Shown one piece after another: positions 60,215 through 64,000 of a stretch of 64,000 nucleotides of DNA. The position numbers were made by a program, and so were the translations under genes. The stretch comes from a virus: the IMG/VR virus record IMGVR_UViG_3300027971_000028, positions 69,337-133,336 of that record; one strand, 5' to 3'. How positions within the stretch are numbered: the stretch's first letter is position 1; each line of letters begins with the position of its first letter. The notes under the pieces are model-generated. The model saw only the letters and a program-made list of their open reading frames with translations. It did not search any database and was not told the DNA's origin.

Positions 60215-60469
60215 ATGACAAAAGACAAAGAGACAGGTCATCTAAAGTTAGTTGAGGGTGAGGGTGAAAAAGAAGTTGTTTCACCAGAGACTTTTGACTT
60301 TTTAGTTGAAGAAGCATCACTTGCTTTACTTGCTAGATGGTTTCCAAATAAACCACCTACGGATAAGGCTGACTATGAGAAGTGGGTTGAGATTGCAGTT
60401 GATGATGCTACGGCTGTGATAACTCACCTAATAGATAAAAAATTTATAGGAGAGGATAGAACCATATGA
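60215..60469 (+). CDS. Hypothetical protein
   Basis: 84 aa, AAGGA RBS. Confidence 0.65.
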   Translation: MTKDKETGHLKLVEGEGEKEVVSPETFDFLVEEASLALLARWFPNKPPTDKADYEKWVEIAVDDATAVITHLIDKKFIGEDRTI

Positions 60470-60675
60470 ATCTCTCCTTGACATACTTAGATTTAATAGT
60501 TGTATTTTCCCTAGTAGTTGTGGGAGTTACCTTTGTGGTTACGACCAATGCTCTGCTAACTGGATTAAGGAAAAGAAGGGCAATAGAAGAGTTCCTTGAT
60601 TATGTAAGTACCAAAGTAAAAACCGAAGAAGAGTTTAATGAAATTGTCGATAGATTGAGAAAGGATTTTGAATGA
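60466..60675 (+). CDS. Small membrane protein
   Basis: N-terminal TM helix, ATGA coupled. Confidence 0.65.
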   Translation: MNLSLTYLDLIVVFSLVVVGVTFVVTTNALLTGLRKRRAIEEFLDYVSTKVKTEEEFNEIVDRLRKDFE

Positions 60676-61151
60676 AGCAATCATCCCTAGATGCTCTAGC
60701 CATGACTGGTATTGAGTTAGAAGAGTTACAAGATGTCGGTGCCGCCTTAATGAGAGAAGCCCCAAAGGATAGTCGAGTTTGTATATGCGGTCATGGTTTG
60801 AATAATCATACTGTTATTAATGGCTATGTTTTATGTAAGCCTTCTAGAATGACTTGTCCATGTAAAGCGCTAAGACTCGTTCTCTCTTCTTCAAATGTAA
60901 GACCTTTTAAAAGAAAGAGTGCGGGATCAGGTGCTTCTCATGCTTTAATGCAAGGACTTAGAAAAGCAATCGAACTAGATGCTGAAGTTAATTGGATAGA
61001 GCCACCCTCTTGCGACTACCAAAAAGACGGCACCAAATGTGGATCAACGGATCAAGTAGTTCCATGTCTAATAACTCAGAATGGTTTCCACACAGATGAG
61101 CCAACTGGCTACGATGTTTTCTTATGTCCTTCATGTAGAGAGAACCTCTAA
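60672..61151 (+). CDS. Cys-rich hypothetical protein
   Basis: CICGH..H..C..CPC and C..C..C..CPSC. Confidence 0.65.
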   Translation: MKQSSLDALAMTGIELEELQDVGAALMREAPKDSRVCICGHGLNNHTVINGYVLCKPSRMTCPCKALRLVLSSSNVRPFKRKSAGSGASHALMQGLRKAIELDAEVNWIEPPSCDYQKDGTKCGSTDQVVPCLITQNGFHTDEPTGYDVFLCPSCRENL

Positions 61152-61453
61152 TGAATAGAAATAAAGATATTAAAAAAGTTGTAGCAGACCACTTGCAATC
61201 TATGGTCTACTGGAAAAATATTGATGCCTCTGCTGTACCAGAACTTATTGGTTTCTTAGATGAAGTCTTTGATACTTGGGAAAAATCTATAATAAAAGAA
61301 CTAGGTCAGAAGGTCTTGGCTTGGGAGACCGCTATGGGCGATGAAGATAAAAGCCTATATACTTTAGGAATCAGGCATTCTATAGATGCCATAAAAGGAG
61401 TTCCTGAAAATGAGTATCAACCTATTGGAGAAGATTTTAGAAAAGCAACATAA
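61151..61453 (+). CDS. Hypothetical protein
   Basis: 100 aa, TAATG coupled. Confidence 0.65.
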   Translation: MNRNKDIKKVVADHLQSMVYWKNIDASAVPELIGFLDEVFDTWEKSIIKELGQKVLAWETAMGDEDKSLYTLGIRHSIDAIKGVPENEYQPIGEDFRKAT

Positions 61454-61578
61454 TGAGTTGCAAAGACTGTAAGTATGTTTTAGATACGGATGGGCAGATC
61501 AGTTGCGAAGTTTGTGGAGCAAGAGATGATGAAATGCGTCCTGACTTTTGGTCTACCCAATCCTCCTTCGAGGAATGA
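61453..61578 (+). CDS. Small Zn-ribbon protein (41 aa)
   Basis: MSCKDCK..ISCEVCG; TAATG coupled. Confidence 0.55.
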   Translation: MSCKDCKYVLDTDGQISCEVCGARDDEMRPDFWSTQSSFEE

Positions 61579-61719
61579 ATTTAATGACTGATACTGGCAG
61601 AAAAAGCGTAAGTGAAGAAGAAATAAAAGCGTGGTTCGACAGCGGTCCAATCACTGAAGAAATACTTTCTTCTTGGCTAGAAATAATTAATAGAAGTAAA
61701 GAACTAGAAAGGGGCTAAG

Positions 61720-62628
61720 ATGTTTCCAACTTTTATGTATGTAGATAGAGTGGGGTATCAGTGTTATCAGCATTGCAAAGAAAGAGAAGAACACACTAAA
61801 GACAGTTGGATAATCTATAGGTGCATTTATTGTCATGATAAAGAGTTAAAAGAAGTTTCATGCTTAGGAACTACTCAATATGGCATGAGATGTAGAAGTC
61901 AAAATGTAGACTTTGATGGATACTGTAATTGGCATACATTAACTCCTAGAGTTCGTCTTGCAGAGGATCTCTCAAAAGTCGACATTTCTTTGCAATATGA
62001 ATGGAATGATCATTACAAAAGGCTTGCAGCTTCTCAAGTAAAACGCTCGATCCTTAGAACTTTACAGTTTGTACAAAGAATTCGTAAGTTTCAACTTATG
62101 GATATCCTTCAACAGTTAGAAGGGACTAGAAGTAATGTCTACTTTATTCAATGTAAAAATTATGTAAAAATAGGCAGATCTAATAATCCAGAGTATCGTT
62201 TAAAAACTTTGCAGGGTAAAGGAAATAAAACACTTAGACCATCTTCTATTACAGACGAAGATATGAAAACAGCAAAAATTATTGCGACATTAAAGGGAGA
62301 TGCCCTATTAGAAGGATTTTTTCACTCCCAACTGGGAGATAGACGAGTAGAAGGCGAATGGTTCATTTTAGACTCTTATACTGCAAAAGCCATAGAACTA
62401 GTTAAAAATGAAGAGTTTAGTTTAGAAGTTTTGATTAAAATGACCGAGGAAGATCCATCTATCTTGAATCAAGATTTCGAATTTAGTCACAGAATGGACA
62501 ATTCTATAGACGAAGTTTTAGAGGAAGAAGAGAATATGGTTCAAACACTCAAGGAGCGTATTAAAGAAAAAGAGTCTGCTGGCAAGCACGAGCAAGTAAG
62601 AAAAGTAATCTCCCTAACCACTTTTTAA
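61720..62628 (+). CDS. T5orf172/GIY-YIG-like domain protein with N-terminal Zn fingers
   Basis: VYFIQ..YVKIGRSNNP..RL..LQ..E..FH...RVEGEWF; C..T..G.RC...GYC.WH. Confidence 0.75.
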   Translation: MFPTFMYVDRVGYQCYQHCKEREEHTKDSWIIYRCIYCHDKELKEVSCLGTTQYGMRCRSQNVDFDGYCNWHTLTPRVRLAEDLSKVDISLQYEWNDHYKRLAASQVKRSILRTLQFVQRIRKFQLMDILQQLEGTRSNVYFIQCKNYVKIGRSNNPEYRLKTLQGKGNKTLRPSSITDEDMKTAKIIATLKGDALLEGFFHSQLGDRRVEGEWFILDSYTAKAIELVKNEEFSLEVLIKMTEEDPSILNQDFEFSHRMDNSIDEVLEEEENMVQTLKERIKEKESAGKHEQVRKVISLTTF

Positions 62629-62846
62629 TAAAATGCAAGAGCAGTTTTATAGGTTTTATTAAAATTAATTTCTCTATAATAGATTTATTAAAACACGCAA
62701 GTAAATCAGGCTCAAATGGCATTTGTTTATGTAAGAGGCTGCTTTCTCACACAACTTTTCCCAAAATCTTTTCCCATCACCCATGCTAACTTAGTGTCTG
62801 ATGCGAGTCATTTCAACTATAGATTCGCGAAACGGAGTAAAGACAC

Positions 62847-63125
62847 ATGAACAAAGCAATGCTTGAATCCTACCTACGCAACCTACTTGGTCAGATCGTT
62901 GGCGGAATCGTAGTTGTATCCTCAACTACTGGCATCGGCAGTCCCCTAGATTTTGGTCAGAGCGAATGGCTTCTAGTAGCCAACTCACTTTGGGCCTCCC
63001 TAATCCCAGTTGTACTTCGCTACGTCAACAAGAAGGATCCAGCATTTGGCCCCTTCGTTGAGACAGCAACCGCATCTGTAACTAAGAAGATCTCAGCAGC
63101 GGCTTCTAAAAAGAAGAAGAAGTAA
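62847..63125 (+). CDS. Holin-like membrane protein
   Basis: ESYLRNLLG, two hydrophobic segments, LRY.N.KDPAFG, Lys-rich tail. Confidence 0.6.
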   Translation: MNKAMLESYLRNLLGQIVGGIVVVSSTTGIGSPLDFGQSEWLLVANSLWASLIPVVLRYVNKKDPAFGPFVETATASVTKKISAAASKKKKK

Positions 63126-63141
63126 ACAACTTCCCTAGTTC

Positions 63142-63198
63142 GGCAAGCTCGTCCCCAGGTAAAAAATAACCAAAATATTCCTCTGGGGGCGACTTGCC
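63142..63198 (+). terminator. GC-rich hairpin after the holin-like gene
   Basis: GGCAAG.TCGTCCCCAG ... CTGGGGGCGACTTGCC followed by TCTTAATTTTTT. Confidence 0.5.
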
Positions 63199-63228
63199 TC
63201 TTAATTTTTTGAAAGGCAAAAAGTAAAA

Positions 63229-64000
63229 ATGTCAGACGAGATCTCCTTAACTTCTCCTGAGGAGAAAGAAGACACCTCCCTTTCCCTCCCTGATATTTCT
63301 ACCCCTTACGACCTGCGGCCTGATTTAACAGAGATCGGCATCATCGAGGACGAACGCGGCGTCTGCATGGACAGTTATGAAAACCGTTCCGCCTTGCGAC
63401 AAGCAGGCCTGAACTGGGATCCTGTATATGATCAACTTGGAATGCCAACGGGTCTCATCGTTGCCAGATCCAAAGAGTCCTTAAAAGAACGGCGTCTACT
63501 TTCACTATCCGAGAAACGGGTTCTTCTTCAGGAACCAGATAACAACAACTCAGATTTCTTAACGGGTCTGGATCTCATCGTTGACGATAAGGCCAGCCGA
63601 ATCACACCACCTTGGGTTATCGGCGCGACTCGTGCCTACCTAGCAGAACAAGAGAACGGCGGGCCTAAGTCCGCAAAACGGGCCCCTGCCTCTCAACCAC
63701 ATAGATGTCGGATCCTTAAACAAGACGGCTTGAGATGTCTACTCTGGAGTAGCGGGCGTCCGAAAGATGACGGCTTGTGTCGGATCCACCTTCGTACCAA
63801 TAGACGGCCTGGAGCAGATGTCGAACGGGCCCGTCAGAAGTTGTTGCAATCTGCACCCTACGCAGTTGATGTCCTTGAGGAACTAATGGAGTCTGCTCAA
63901 TCGGAACCCGTCAGGTTAAAAGCATCAACGGAGATCCTTGACCGAGCTGGAGTCAGAGGCGGCGTGGAGTTAGATGTCGGCGTGGATGTAACGGTCCGTA
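63229..64000 (+). CDS. Probable terminase small subunit (partial, runs off the window)
   Basis: Open frame from ATG 63229 to the end; C..K.DG.RC...GLC.IH Zn finger; AVDVLEELMESAQSEPVRLKASTEILDRAG. Confidence 0.6.
   Translation, partial: MSDEISLTSPEEKEDTSLSLPDISTPYDLRPDLTEIGIIEDERGVCMDSYENRSALRQAGLNWDPVYDQLGMPTGLIVARSKESLKERRLLSLSEKRVLLQEPDNNNSDFLTGLDLIVDDKASRITPPWVIGATRAYLAEQENGGPKSAKRAPASQPHRCRILKQDGLRCLLWSSGRPKDDGLCRIHLRTNRRPGADVERARQKLLQSAPYAVDVLEELMESAQSEPVRLKASTEILDRAGVRGGVELDVGVDVTVR

Overview
A 64-kb segment of a large, AT-rich tailed dsDNA phage genome. The host is probably a freshwater actinobacterium (DUF3039, FmdB-type Zn ribbon, actinophage-type membrane proteins). Core genes seen: terminase large subunit, primase-polymerase/SF3 helicase, class II RNR (nrdJ), CHAP lysin, holin-like proteins, a probable terminase small subunit running off the right end, and tRNA-Gly(UCC). 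No capsid or portal gene is in the window. About half the window encodes a virion-appendage repertoire: six collagen-like (Gly-X-Thr) fibres, ten Gly-rich adhesin-like proteins, three A-B-C paralogue triads and four small partner proteins, next to a glycosyltransferase/epimerase cluster that includes a COLGALT-like enzyme. The strongest unexplained signal is a 9-copy intergenic module (C/T tract + 23-bp core ACGGAANGAGAGCGCGAAAAAAC + TATAAT + RBS). It divides 28.5-49.9 kb into cassettes; its copies point in opposite directions on either side of a serine recombinase. Also notable: a four-part split C5 methyltransferase, a Mom-like modifier, an endonuclease VII gene carrying a duplicate of its neighbour's 3' end, and a candidate structured RNA. 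All calls come from motifs read by eye; no searches were run.
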